From positions 1-35,094 of the forward strand of contig JAGYOA010000003.1 of assembly GCA_018399355.1 (NCBI GenBank): a stretch of DNA of 35,094 nucleotides, given 5' to 3'. The notes below the pieces were generated by a model. The model did no database searches. It was not told the origin of the DNA and worked only from the letters and a program-made list of their open reading frames with translations. Below are positions 18,256 to 26,871 of this stretch, one piece after another; within the stretch, counting starts at the first letter, position 1, and every line of letters starts with the position of its first letter. The translations under genes and the position numbers were made by a program. The stretch comes from Candidatus Woesearchaeota archaeon (GTDB lineage Archaea; Nanobdellota; Nanobdellia; Woesearchaeales; CG1-02-33-12).

Positions 18256-18401
18256 TTTTTGTTCTCCTTGAGTATGAATTTTTTTAGATCTTCGATTATC
18301 AGGCTCTTAATATAATCAGATTTAGCAAGGCCCATCCTCTTAGAAATATCCTCTAATTTCTCATTTAGCTCGTCTTTAATTGAAAAGTTGATTTGGGCCA
18401 T
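18252..18401 (-). CDS. Ribbon-helix-helix (CopG/Arc/MetJ-like) DNA-binding protein, 49 aa
   Basis: Hand translation MAQINFSIKDELNEKLEDISKRMGLAKSDYIKSLIIEDLKKFILKENKK*; QINFSI beta strand, helix A, G-x-x-K-S turn, helix B; ATGA overlap with the next gene. Not in the ORF track. Confidence 0.87.
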   Translation of the reverse strand: MAQINFSIKDELNEKLEDISKRMGLAKSDYIKSLIIEDLKKFILKENKK

Positions 18402-18421
18402 TTTATGTTTCTGCCAGCAGT

Positions 18422-18504
18422 TACTGAAATAATACTAATAATATACTAATAACTACTAATATAATACTATTAATATACTATTTATACACTATTTCATTAC
18501 TATT
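18422..18504. repeat. Array of eight helically phased TACTA(A/T)T motifs, probable RHH operator
   Basis: Motif starts at 18422, 18433, 18444, 18454, 18465, 18476, 18487, 18498 (spacing 11,11,10,11,11,11,11); variants TACTG at 18422 and CACTA at 18487. Confidence 0.82.
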
Positions 18505-18506
18505 TA

Positions 18507-18521
18507 TATATAAACCTTTCG
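18507..18521 (-). promoter_or_regulatory. BRE-TATA promoter of RHH operon
   Basis: Minus strand CGAAAGG-TTTATATA, close to the archaeal BRE/TATA consensus, abutting the repeat array. Confidence 0.75.
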
Positions 18522-18634
18522 ATTATTTTTCTTTTGAAATTCTTTCGTAAAAATAAAAGAAAATTCATAAAACCCAAAAAAACCAAGGCTTTAGCCTGCT
18601 TATTTTTTTAAATTTCAGATACAATACAACCTTT

Positions 18635-19261
18635 ATGAACAAAACAAGATTTGCTGTTTTAACTGGATTTTTTGTTTTACTGGTTCCAATTTTAGTCAGC
18701 GCAGATTTACAACTTCAGCCAATAATAGGAAAAGAGCTTGATATAGGCGAAATCTGCAAAAACCTTTTCAGGGTTGAAAATAAAGATTATTCCAGCAATG
18801 AAAAAAGCTGCATAGACGCATTTGTTTACTACAACATCTCAGGAAAAAACTTTTTTTATGAGGATCATTTCAATGTTAAATGCATCAATAAGTTTAAATC
18901 TTCTGGAACAGGAGAATTTACGCCTGAAAAATCAGGCAGATATGTTTTATGTGGGCTTATCATCAATTCAACTGCAAAACACAAAAATAATGCTTCATGC
19001 GCTGAAATTCTTGTGAAAGGCATTCCAAAAACATCCTTCAATGTTTCAATCAATGCAAATGTTGTTAACCAGGAAACTGCAGTTGTTAAAGATAAAGATG
19101 AAACTACTAATTCTAGGCAAACAAATCAAGATTCTTCTTCTCAGCCAATCACAGGAAAAACTGTTTATGAGTCAAGCTCTATGAAATCATTTAACATATC
19201 AAGATATATATTCATAGGAATTCTTGTTTTGTTTGTTGCATTGCTGCTTTTAAAAAAATAA
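18635..19261 (+). CDS. Secreted membrane-anchored hypothetical protein
   Basis: N-terminal signal peptide, Cys-containing beta domain, S/T/Q linker, ITGKTVYES, C-terminal TM plus KK. Confidence 0.85.
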   Translation: MNKTRFAVLTGFFVLLVPILVSADLQLQPIIGKELDIGEICKNLFRVENKDYSSNEKSCIDAFVYYNISGKNFFYEDHFNVKCINKFKSSGTGEFTPEKSGRYVLCGLIINSTAKHKNNASCAEILVKGIPKTSFNVSINANVVNQETAVVKDKDETTNSRQTNQDSSSQPITGKTVYESSSMKSFNISRYIFIGILVLFVALLLLKK

Positions 19262-20062
19262 TCATTTAAGAAAAAATTTCAATTGCTTTGGATGAGCTTT
19301 TATTTTATCATAATTTTTTATTATATCATAAATATTATTGAACTCAAGAAAAGTCAACTCGCTCCTTGCGAAATCATCTTTTAGTTTTTGAATGTAAGAT
19401 TTATCATTATAGCTTTCATGGCTCCATGTCTCGCATGGAATAAGTATTCCATTTATTCCGGTTAGCCGTCCCTGCTGTATTGGCTCGGGCGCATTGTCAA
19501 CAAGAAAAACATTTCTCTTGTCAAGATTTTTTACAATTTCATTAAGAGTTTTAGCTTTTTTTTCATTAACTACATAGCAATCGTTTTCATTGAAATATTT
19601 ATAAAGACCATTCACCTTTACCTTTTCTCTCTGGAAATGAGGCTCTCCTCTTGTGCATATCATTATCTTATCTTTTTTTGTATTCTTAACGTAATCAAGA
19701 ACATCATAAGCCTTTTTTTTAACTGAATTTCTTGTTTGTGAAACTTTCTCTGCCAAATTTCTTATTTTTCTTATTTCATCTTCATTATATCTTTTATTGT
19801 ACTTTTTGCAGAAATATTCAAAAGTTTCCTGAAAGGATAAAATATATCTCTCTGTGGCATAAGGAATCTTTCCTTGTTTCTTGAAAATTTCAAAGTTTTT
19901 CATATCTATCTCTTCAAGAACCTCGCCAATTGTCTTTAAATCAACAGCATTTTCATTGAGCTTGTGCATAATCGCAGAGGCCAGCTTAGCTTGGGGAAAC
20001 TTGTAATTATGCTGTGTGCTTATCAGGGTATCATCAAGGTCAAATATGAAGGTCTTGTTCAT
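19262..20062 (-). CDS. HAD superfamily hydrolase
   Basis: FIFDLDDTL motif I, CTRG motif II, LVDN motif IV-like; minus-strand CAAAAGG-TTTATATA promoter near 20095..20109. Confidence 0.85.
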   Translation of the reverse strand: MNKTFIFDLDDTLISTQHNYKFPQAKLASAIMHKLNENAVDLKTIGEVLEEIDMKNFEIFKKQGKIPYATERYILSFQETFEYFCKKYNKRYNEDEIRKIRNLAEKVSQTRNSVKKKAYDVLDYVKNTKKDKIMICTRGEPHFQREKVKVNGLYKYFNENDCYVVNEKKAKTLNEIVKNLDKRNVFLVDNAPEPIQQGRLTGINGILIPCETWSHESYNDKSYIQKLKDDFARSELTFLEFNNIYDIIKNYDKIKAHPKQLKFFLK

Positions 20063-20189
20063 TTTCTTTTATTTCATCTTGTCTTGTTTTTCAATATATA
20101 AACCTTTTGATTGTATTCATTTTATAATAGTAATAATACTTTAACTACTATGGAAACTTTTTTAAATTCATTTGATTTTTAGTTTCTGT

Positions 20190-20801
20190 ATGGATGAAAA
20201 AGAAAACAAAAAAACAGTGAGACAGAATATTGATGAAGGCAAGATTCTTGTGAGGGCAATTGTCGAGATAGTTGGAAAGCCGAAGGAGCATGTTGAAGAG
20301 GCATTGAAAGTTGTAATTAAAAAAATAAAAGAGGAAAAGGATTTAAAAGTAGTTGATGAAAAGGTTTTCAATGCAGAGCCTTATGAAAAAATGTTTAGTG
20401 CCTTTGCAGAAATGGAATTTCTTTTAGGCAGCATAGATTCTCTTGTAGGGTTTTGCTTTGATTACATGCCTTCTTCGCTTGAAATAATCGAGCCAGAAAA
20501 GCTGAAGTTCAATTCAGGTGAGTTAGCCTCAGTCTTAAATGATATGATAGGAAAGCTGCAAAACATAAATGTCAGGGCCACCCAGTCTGATATGGAGCAA
20601 AAATCACTAAAAAAGAATATGATAAAAGTCATCAGAAATATGATACTAATTCTCCTTAAATCAAAGGATATGGATATAAGAGAACTGTCAAAAAACAGTG
20701 GTATTGATGAGAAAAATCTAGAACAACTGCTTAATGTTATGGCAAAGGAAAATGTAATAATCTTAAAAGAAGGGGTTTACAGCTTAAAAAAAGATGGATG
20801 A
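20190..20801 (+). CDS. Conserved archaeal hypothetical protein with C-terminal winged-helix-like segment
   Basis: IVEIVGKPKEHVEEAL, FSAFAEME, FDYMPSSLEIIEP; start at ATG 20190 (TATA-like TTTTTAAAT ~24 nt upstream) preferred over TTG 20172. Confidence 0.78.
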   Translation: MDEKENKKTVRQNIDEGKILVRAIVEIVGKPKEHVEEALKVVIKKIKEEKDLKVVDEKVFNAEPYEKMFSAFAEMEFLLGSIDSLVGFCFDYMPSSLEIIEPEKLKFNSGELASVLNDMIGKLQNINVRATQSDMEQKSLKKNMIKVIRNMILILLKSKDMDIRELSKNSGIDEKNLEQLLNVMAKENVIILKEGVYSLKKDG

Positions 20802-21453
20802 GCTTAAAAAACAGGCGGAAGCAGTGCTGTTCGCAGCCGGAGACAGAATTGAATTAAACGATATTGCAAGGCTTTGCAAAACCAGCCCGAATAATGTTAA
20901 AAACGCCCTTAATGAGCTGAAAAAGGCTTATAAAAACAATGATTCAGGGCTTATGGTTGTTGATGATGGAATCTTCTGGAAAATTACAGTCAGGGAAGCA
21001 TATATCCCTTTAGTGCAACAGATCAATCCAAGAACAGAGCTTGATAGAACAACTATTGAAACACTGGCTGTAATAGCATGGAAATCTCCTATTCTTCAGT
21101 CAGATGTTATAAAGACAAGAACAAATAAGGCATATGACCATATAAAAGAGCTTGTTGATTCAGGATTTTTAGTTAAGCAAAGGCACGGCAGGAGCTATAT
21201 TCTCAGACTATCTAAAAAATTCTTTGATTACTTTGATTTAAGCGATAAAGAGGATATTAAAAACCGCTTCAAGGATTTTGTTGATATAAATGAAGATGAG
21301 CTCATAGAATTAGAGAAAGAAAAAATAAAAGAAGAGCACGAAAAACAAGATATTGATGAAGAAATTCCTAAAGAAACCCAAAAACAGCTGGAAACTCAGC
21401 AAGAGCAATCCACTGAAAACAAGAGTGAAAACCTTTCTGATGAAGTAAAATGA
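20794..21453 (+). CDS. scpB: SMC-Scp complex subunit ScpB
   Basis: EAVLFAAG, ETLAVIAWKSPI.QSDVIKTR..KAYDHIKEL, KKFFDYF; acidic tail. Confidence 0.92.
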   Translation: MDELKKQAEAVLFAAGDRIELNDIARLCKTSPNNVKNALNELKKAYKNNDSGLMVVDDGIFWKITVREAYIPLVQQINPRTELDRTTIETLAVIAWKSPILQSDVIKTRTNKAYDHIKELVDSGFLVKQRHGRSYILRLSKKFFDYFDLSDKEDIKNRFKDFVDINEDELIELEKEKIKEEHEKQDIDEEIPKETQKQLETQQEQSTENKSENLSDEVK

Positions 21454-22151
21454 AAATAGGGGTGTATTCTGCTCACGATGATGATTCTATTTTAGGTGTT
21501 GGCGGAAGAATTGCCCAATACATTAAAAAAAAGGATGATGTTTATGTTGTTATCTGCAACCCTGGAATGAATGCGTACACAGTTAATTTCGATATAAACG
21601 AAAATCCATCTCCTGTTGAGTTAGGCAAAGCAAGGAAAAATGAAATCATTAACGCATTAAAAATTTTAGGAGTGAAAAAAGAAAGATTGTACTTTTTGGA
21701 CCTAGACAAAAAAAACAAAAGGGTTCGCGAAAACATGGCAAAGGCAAAGGAGCAGCTTTTAAAAATTACAGAAAAAGAAAAACCCAATATTATTTATTTT
21801 CATCATCCTGATGCACATGCAGAACACAGGGCAGTAAATAAGATAATACTTGAAATTTTAGATGAAATAAATAAGAAACCACAATCTTTCGAGTTTGTTT
21901 TATGGACAAAAGAGCTTGCCAAAGGAAGAAATGATGTTAATGAGAATTTTGTTCCCGAGATTAAGGAAACCACCATAAAAGTTAATATTAAGGAAGAGAT
22001 TGAAATGAAAAGAAAAGCCATAATGCAGATGAAAAGCCAGGTTGAAAAAAATCCTTATCCTGAATGGCAAGTTTTGGAAAGGCCTGTGATTGACAAAAAA
22101 GCTATTGATTATTTTTTAAAGGAAGATGAGATTTTTGTAAAGGTGGAATAA
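21450..22151 (+). CDS. PIG-L/LmbE family deacetylase
   Basis: SAHDDDSILGVGG, RKNE..NALKILGV, DAHAEH, MKSQ motifs. Confidence 0.87.
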   Translation: MKIGVYSAHDDDSILGVGGRIAQYIKKKDDVYVVICNPGMNAYTVNFDINENPSPVELGKARKNEIINALKILGVKKERLYFLDLDKKNKRVRENMAKAKEQLLKITEKEKPNIIYFHHPDAHAEHRAVNKIILEILDEINKKPQSFEFVLWTKELAKGRNDVNENFVPEIKETTIKVNIKEEIEMKRKAIMQMKSQVEKNPYPEWQVLERPVIDKKAIDYFLKEDEIFVKVE

Positions 22152-22318
22152 TGCTGTTGTTAAGATGCCCTAAATGCAAACAAAAGATGAAATATGATGC
22201 TGCGAACAATAGAAATATAAACAAAAAAAGAAAAAAATGTGTTTACTGCGGGCATTCTTTTAAAGTGATTGGAAATATTATTAAAAAGGTTGATTTAAAA
22301 CGCCAAAAGCTTAAATAG
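22151..22318 (+). CDS. Small basic zinc-ribbon protein, 55 aa
   Basis: Hand translation MLLLRCPKCKQKMKYDAANNRNINKKRKKCVYCGHSFKVIGNIIKKVDLKRQKLK*; CPKC...CVYC; TAATG overlap with upstream stop. Not in the ORF track. Confidence 0.8.
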   Translation: MLLLRCPKCKQKMKYDAANNRNINKKRKKCVYCGHSFKVIGNIIKKVDLKRQKLK

Positions 22319-22366
22319 TTGAAGTTTTCTTTAATAAATAACTGAACAAAAGCTTCGGTTAAAAAG

Positions 22367-22855
22367 GTGATAAGAATAAAACAAGAAAAACCTGAAACAA
22401 TTTTAAAAGTTAAAAGGCTTTTAAAAGATGCAGAGCTTCCTGAGTACGCCTTAAACACAGATATTGGAATTGACATAAGAGCAAATGAAACAATAGTAAT
22501 TCCTGTTTCTGAGCAAAAGACAATAAAGACAGGACTGGCAATAGAAATACCTGAAGGCCATGTCGGCTTAATAAGAGACAGGGCAGGGATTATAACAAAA
22601 ATGGGAGTTCATACAGCAGCAGGCACATTTGATCCTGCATATAGGGGAGAAGTTTCAATAGTCCTTGTTAATTGCGGAGAGGAAGATGTTGAGGTTGAAA
22701 AAGGAATGAGGATTGCACAGATGATAATACTTCCTGTGGCAAAGGCAAAGATACAAGAAGTTAAACAACTGTCTTCCACTGAAAGAGGAGAAAGGGGCTT
22801 TAGCTCAACAGGTTTCAAGGAAGTAATCAAAGATCTTGACAAGATAAAAAAGTAA
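22367..22855 (+). CDS. dut: dUTP diphosphatase (trimeric dUTPase)
   Basis: GIDIRA, IRDRAG, AGTFDPAYRGE, RIAQ, RGERGFSSTG (motifs I-V, partly divergent). Start uncertain: GTG 22367 or ATA 22376. Confidence 0.9.
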   Translation: MIRIKQEKPETILKVKRLLKDAELPEYALNTDIGIDIRANETIVIPVSEQKTIKTGLAIEIPEGHVGLIRDRAGIITKMGVHTAAGTFDPAYRGEVSIVLVNCGEEDVEVEKGMRIAQMIILPVAKAKIQEVKQLSSTERGERGFSSTGFKEVIKDLDKIKK

Positions 22856-22946
22856 TTTTCTTAATTTTTTTAGCTTTTCTGATTTTACTCTTTTAATCAA
22901 CCCAAAAGATATATAAACTATTGCAGATTACTATTTATCGAGGAAA

Positions 22947-25900
22947 ATGGATGAAAATATTGCGGAAAAAAACACTGAAAAAAAACAGGAAAAAATAGTA
23001 AAAAGGCTTGTTTCAGAAGAGATGAAAGAGTCATACCTTTCATACTCTATGAGTGTTATAGTAGGCAGGGCCCTTCCTGATGCTAGAGATGGCCTGAAGC
23101 CAGTTCACAGAAGAGTTCTTTACACTATGTATGAGAATGGATTACTTCATAACAAGCCATTCAGAAAATCTGCAAATGTTGTTGGAAACTGCATGGCCAA
23201 ATACCATCCTCACGGAGATTCAGCTATTTACGATACTTTGGTCAGGATGGCCCAGGATTTTTCATTGAGATATCCTTTAGTTCAGGGTCACGGCAACTTT
23301 GGCTCAATTGATGGGGATTCTGCGGCTGCAATGAGATACTGTATTACAGGAGATTCATTAATATTGACAGATAAGGGGATGTTAGATATAAAAAATATTT
23401 CCAATAAAAAAGAAGCAAAAATTAATATGAAAATTTTATCTTTCAATAACAAAAAAAATACAGCTTCAAAATTTTTTAATTCTGGAAAACATGATATTAT
23501 TTCGTTGCAGACTAATTTAGGATATAAAATCAAGGGCTCATATAACCATCCAGTTATGTGCTGGGAAATAAAAAACAAAATTCCAGAAATACAATGGAAA
23601 CTTCTTGAAGATATTAAAGAAGGAGACATGGTTCTTTTGAATAGAAATTCATCCTTATTTGCAAAAGCAGATTTAAACTTAACCAAATTCAAGCCAAAAT
23701 TCAACAAGAAAACAAAGAGCATACAATTGCCTTCAAGGATGAACAAGGAATTGGCTTTTTTATTAGGGGCTCTAATTTCAGAAGGCTCTTTCCATCAAAA
23801 TAGAATATATTTTAGTAATTCAGATATGGAATTTTATAATTATGTGAAAAAAATAATTTATGACCAATTTAAAGGAGTTTTATTATATGAAAGAAAAATA
23901 ACTGGAAATTGTTTAGAGTTAAATATTTATCATAAAAATATTGTTGATTTTTTAAAAAACATAGGCTTTAAGGATGAAAAGTCAAACAAAAAAGAGATTC
24001 CATTTTCAGTATTGCAATCATCTAAAAAGGTTGTTTCAAGCTTTTTAAGGGGTTTATTTGAAGGGGATGGCTCAGTTATATACAAAACAGACAAAAGGCA
24101 CAATGGAAAAAGCATTGAGTTAACCTATAATTCAAAAAGCGAAGTTTTGATCAACCAATTAAAAATTTTATTGCTAAATTTTGGGATAGTTACAACACAT
24201 CCTTACAAAGACAAAAGAAACGGGTGTTATAAGCTAATAATTTCTGGTTATTATTCCATTAAAAAATTTAAGGATGAAATAAACTTTTTCTCAATAAGAA
24301 AAAAAGAAGCTGTTCTTAAAATTGATGAAATAAACTCAAAAAGGATGAGCAAAACAGATTATATTCCTTTTTTAAGCGCTTATCTAAGGAAAAAGTATAA
24401 ATCAACCTTTATAGCAAAAAATAATTTTGACAGATACTCTAATTTAGAAAAAAATTATAACAAATTAACAGCAATTATTGATGGAAAGGACAAGAAAATT
24501 ATTGATATGCTTATTAAACAAAAATACTTGTTTGATAAGGTAAATTTAACCAAAAAACTGGATAAAAAAGAAGAAGTGTTTTCAGTGAAGGTTAACAGCA
24601 ATTGCCATTCTTTTGTTTCTAATGGATTTATTAACCATAACACAGAAGCACGCCTTCCAAAAATCTCAGAAGAGATAATGGAAGATATTGAAAAAGATAC
24701 AGTTGATTTTAATCCAAATTTTGACGGCTCTGCAAATGAGCCATTAGTTCTTCCCTCAAAGGTTCCAAATCTTCTTTTAAACGGTTCATCAGGAATTGCA
24801 GTTGGAATGGCCACAAATATTCCTTCTCATAATCTTAATGAGGTTGCGGATGCAATAATAAAGGTTATTGACAATCCAGATACAAACATTGATGAGCTCA
24901 ATCAGATAATTAAAGGGCCAGACTTTCCTACAGGTGCTTTAATCTGCGGAAGAAACGGAATAAAAAGCGCTTACAGCACTGGAAGAGGAAAGGTAATAAT
25001 AAAATCAAAAGCAGAAATAACAGAAGAAAAAGGCAAAAAAAGAATCATTGTTTCTGAAATTCCATATATGGTCAATAAGGCTGTGCTCATGGAACAGATA
25101 GCTGATAATGTAAGAAACAAAGTAATAGAAGGAATATCTGATCTTAGGGATGAATCTGATAGAGAAGGAATTAGGATAGTTATTGAGTTAAGAAAGGATG
25201 CAAATTCTGAGGTAGTGCTTAACCAGCTTTACAAGCACACAAGGATGCAGGACTCTTTTGGGATAATAATGCTTGCCCTTGTTAAAAACCAGCCAAGGGT
25301 TCTTAATCTTAAAGAAATCATTCTCTGCCATATAAACCATAGAAGAGATGTAATAAGAAAGAAAATACAGTTTGAACTTAAAAAAGCAGAGGAAAGAGCA
25401 CACATTCTTGAAGGGCTTAGGATAGCTCTTGCCAATATAGACTCTGTTGTTGACATGATAAAAAAAGCAGAATCAACTGAAGATGCAAGACAGGTTTTAA
25501 TGAGTGCATTCAGCCTTACAAAAAAACAGGCAAATGCTGTTCTTGACATGAAACTCCAGAAATTAAGCTCCTTGGAACAGAAAAAGCTAAAGCAAGAGCT
25601 TGAGGAACTTATTAAGAAAATAGAGGAATACAAATCAATACTTGCATCAGAGCAAAAAATCCTTGATATAATAAAAAAAGAGCTTATTGAGCTCAAGCAA
25701 AAATATGGTGATGAGAGAAGAACACAGATTATTGATGGAGAGGAAGAAGATATAGATATAGAGGATTTAATAGAAGATGAAGAGGTTGTTATAACTGTAA
25801 CTCATGCAGGATACATAAAAAGGATCCCTTTAACTGAATACCGCGAACAAAGAAGAGGGGGGAAAGGAGTTATAGCAACAAGAACGAGAGAGGAAGATTT

Positions 25901-26699
25901 TGTTGAAAATATATTCATCTCATCTACACATTCATACCTTTTATTCTTTACAAACAAAGGAAATGTTCATTGGCTAAAAGCTTACAAGGTTCCTGAAGAA
26001 TCAAAACAGGCCAAAGGAAAAGCAATTGTAAACCTTCTTGAACTTAAGGATGAGTATGTAACCACTGTTATTCCAATAAAGGAATTCAATAAAGGTTATT
26101 ATCTGTTTATGGCTACAAAAAAAGGTTTTGTAAAGAAGACAGAACTTGACTTGTTTTCGAGACCAAGGGCAGGAGGAATAAGGGCATTAAGCCTGGATGA
26201 AAATGACGAACTGGTAAATGCAGTCCTTACAGATGGAACAAAGAACATTCTTCTTGCAACAAAAAATGGAATGGCTGTAAAATTTAAGGAAAACAATGTT
26301 AGGCCTGTTGGAAGGACAGCAAGAGGAGTTAGAGGAATAAGGCTAAAAAACAATGACGAGATAATAGGAATGATAATGGCCCATGATGCTTACACCCTTC
26401 TTACTGTTACAGAAAATGGATATGGAAAAAGAACAAAAATAGAAGATTACCGCCTTATAAACAGAGGTGGCTCAGGAGTTATAAACATTCAATGCAGTGA
26501 GAGAAATGGAAAAGTTATTGCAGTTATGTCTGTTGATGGTGAAGACGGAATAATCATAATTAGCAGAAAGGGAATTGTGATAAGGATGCTTTCAAGCGGA
26601 ATATCTGTTATTGGAAGGAATACCCAGGGAGTAAGATTAATGAGATTAAGCGATGATGATAAAGTAGTTTCAGCAGCAAAAGTAATCAATGGCGAATAA
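22947..26699 (+). CDS. gyrA: DNA gyrase subunit A, intein-containing (816 aa after splicing)
   Basis: RALPDARDGLKPVHRR, YHPHGD, AAAMRY|TEAR, GIAVGMAT, GyrA box QRRGGKG, C-terminal beta-pinwheel repeats. Confidence 0.97.
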   Translation: MDENIAEKNTEKKQEKIVKRLVSEEMKESYLSYSMSVIVGRALPDARDGLKPVHRRVLYTMYENGLLHNKPFRKSANVVGNCMAKYHPHGDSAIYDTLVRMAQDFSLRYPLVQGHGNFGSIDGDSAAAMRYCITGDSLILTDKGMLDIKNISNKKEAKINMKILSFNNKKNTASKFFNSGKHDIISLQTNLGYKIKGSYNHPVMCWEIKNKIPEIQWKLLEDIKEGDMVLLNRNSSLFAKADLNLTKFKPKFNKKTKSIQLPSRMNKELAFLLGALISEGSFHQNRIYFSNSDMEFYNYVKKIIYDQFKGVLLYERKITGNCLELNIYHKNIVDFLKNIGFKDEKSNKKEIPFSVLQSSKKVVSSFLRGLFEGDGSVIYKTDKRHNGKSIELTYNSKSEVLINQLKILLLNFGIVTTHPYKDKRNGCYKLIISGYYSIKKFKDEINFFSIRKKEAVLKIDEINSKRMSKTDYIPFLSAYLRKKYKSTFIAKNNFDRYSNLEKNYNKLTAIIDGKDKKIIDMLIKQKYLFDKVNLTKKLDKKEEVFSVKVNSNCHSFVSNGFINHNTEARLPKISEEIMEDIEKDTVDFNPNFDGSANEPLVLPSKVPNLLLNGSSGIAVGMATNIPSHNLNEVADAIIKVIDNPDTNIDELNQIIKGPDFPTGALICGRNGIKSAYSTGRGKVIIKSKAEITEEKGKKRIIVSEIPYMVNKAVLMEQIADNVRNKVIEGISDLRDESDREGIRIVIELRKDANSEVVLNQLYKHTRMQDSFGIIMLALVKNQPRVLNLKEIILCHINHRRDVIRKKIQFELKKAEERAHILEGLRIALANIDSVVDMIKKAESTEDARQVLMSAFSLTKKQANAVLDMKLQKLSSLEQKKLKQELEELIKKIEEYKSILASEQKILDIIKKELIELKQKYGDERRTQIIDGEEEDIDIEDLIEDEEVVITVTHAGYIKRIPLTEYREQRRGGKGVIATRTREEDFVENIFISSTHSYLLFFTNKGNVHWLKAYKVPEESKQAKGKAIVNLLELKDEYVTTVIPIKEFNKGYYLFMATKKGFVKKTELDLFSRPRAGGIRALSLDENDELVNAVLTDGTKNILLATKNGMAVKFKENNVRPVGRTARGVRGIRLKNNDEIIGMIMAHDAYTLLTVTENGYGKRTKIEDYRLINRGGSGVINIQCSERNGKVIAVMSVDGEDGIIIISRKGIVIRMLSSGISVIGRNTQGVRLMRLSDDDKVVSAAKVINGE
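23340..24641 (+). mobile_element. Intein with LAGLIDADG homing endonuclease (434 aa, residues 132-565)
   Basis: Starts CITGDSLI directly after catalytic Tyr131; block B GSYNHP; LLGALISEGS and FLRGLFEGDGS endonuclease blocks; ends FVSNGFINHN followed by +1 Thr. Confidence 0.96.
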
Positions 26700-26766
26700 T
26701 TCTTTATGCACAGAAATGTTTGATAAAACCCTTATTTTGTTATTATAGGAATCATTTCTGGCATCC

Positions 26767-26789
26767 TAAAAATCCATAATGGATTTTTA
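26767..26789. promoter_or_regulatory. Perfect 11-1-11 palindrome upstream of the thyA promoter
   Basis: TAAAAATCCAT-A-ATGGATTTTTA; TATA-like TTTTTAAAT at ~26815. Function unknown. Confidence 0.5.
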
Positions 26790-26871
26790 TGATATATTTT
26801 GATTAATAACAATCTTTTTAAATGATATATGTTTCTAAAATTTGGGGTTGATTTATTAAAAGAGGTATATT

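Noticed and set aside
18422-18504. CRISPR array or replication origin
   Set aside because: Units are ~11 bp with no unique spacers; no cas genes, ORB-like G-string or cdc6 nearby.
18586-18597. AGGCT-TT-AGCCT mini-palindrome
   Set aside because: Too short to distinguish from chance.
20126-20151. Extra TACTA/TAGTA sites for the RHH protein between divergent promoters
   Set aside because: Only two or three short, unphased matches in very AT-rich DNA; compatible with chance.
26700-26871. THF or other known riboswitch before thyA
   Set aside because: No recognisable conserved aptamer sequence, and the structure lies upstream of the likely TATA box; kept only as an unexplained structure.
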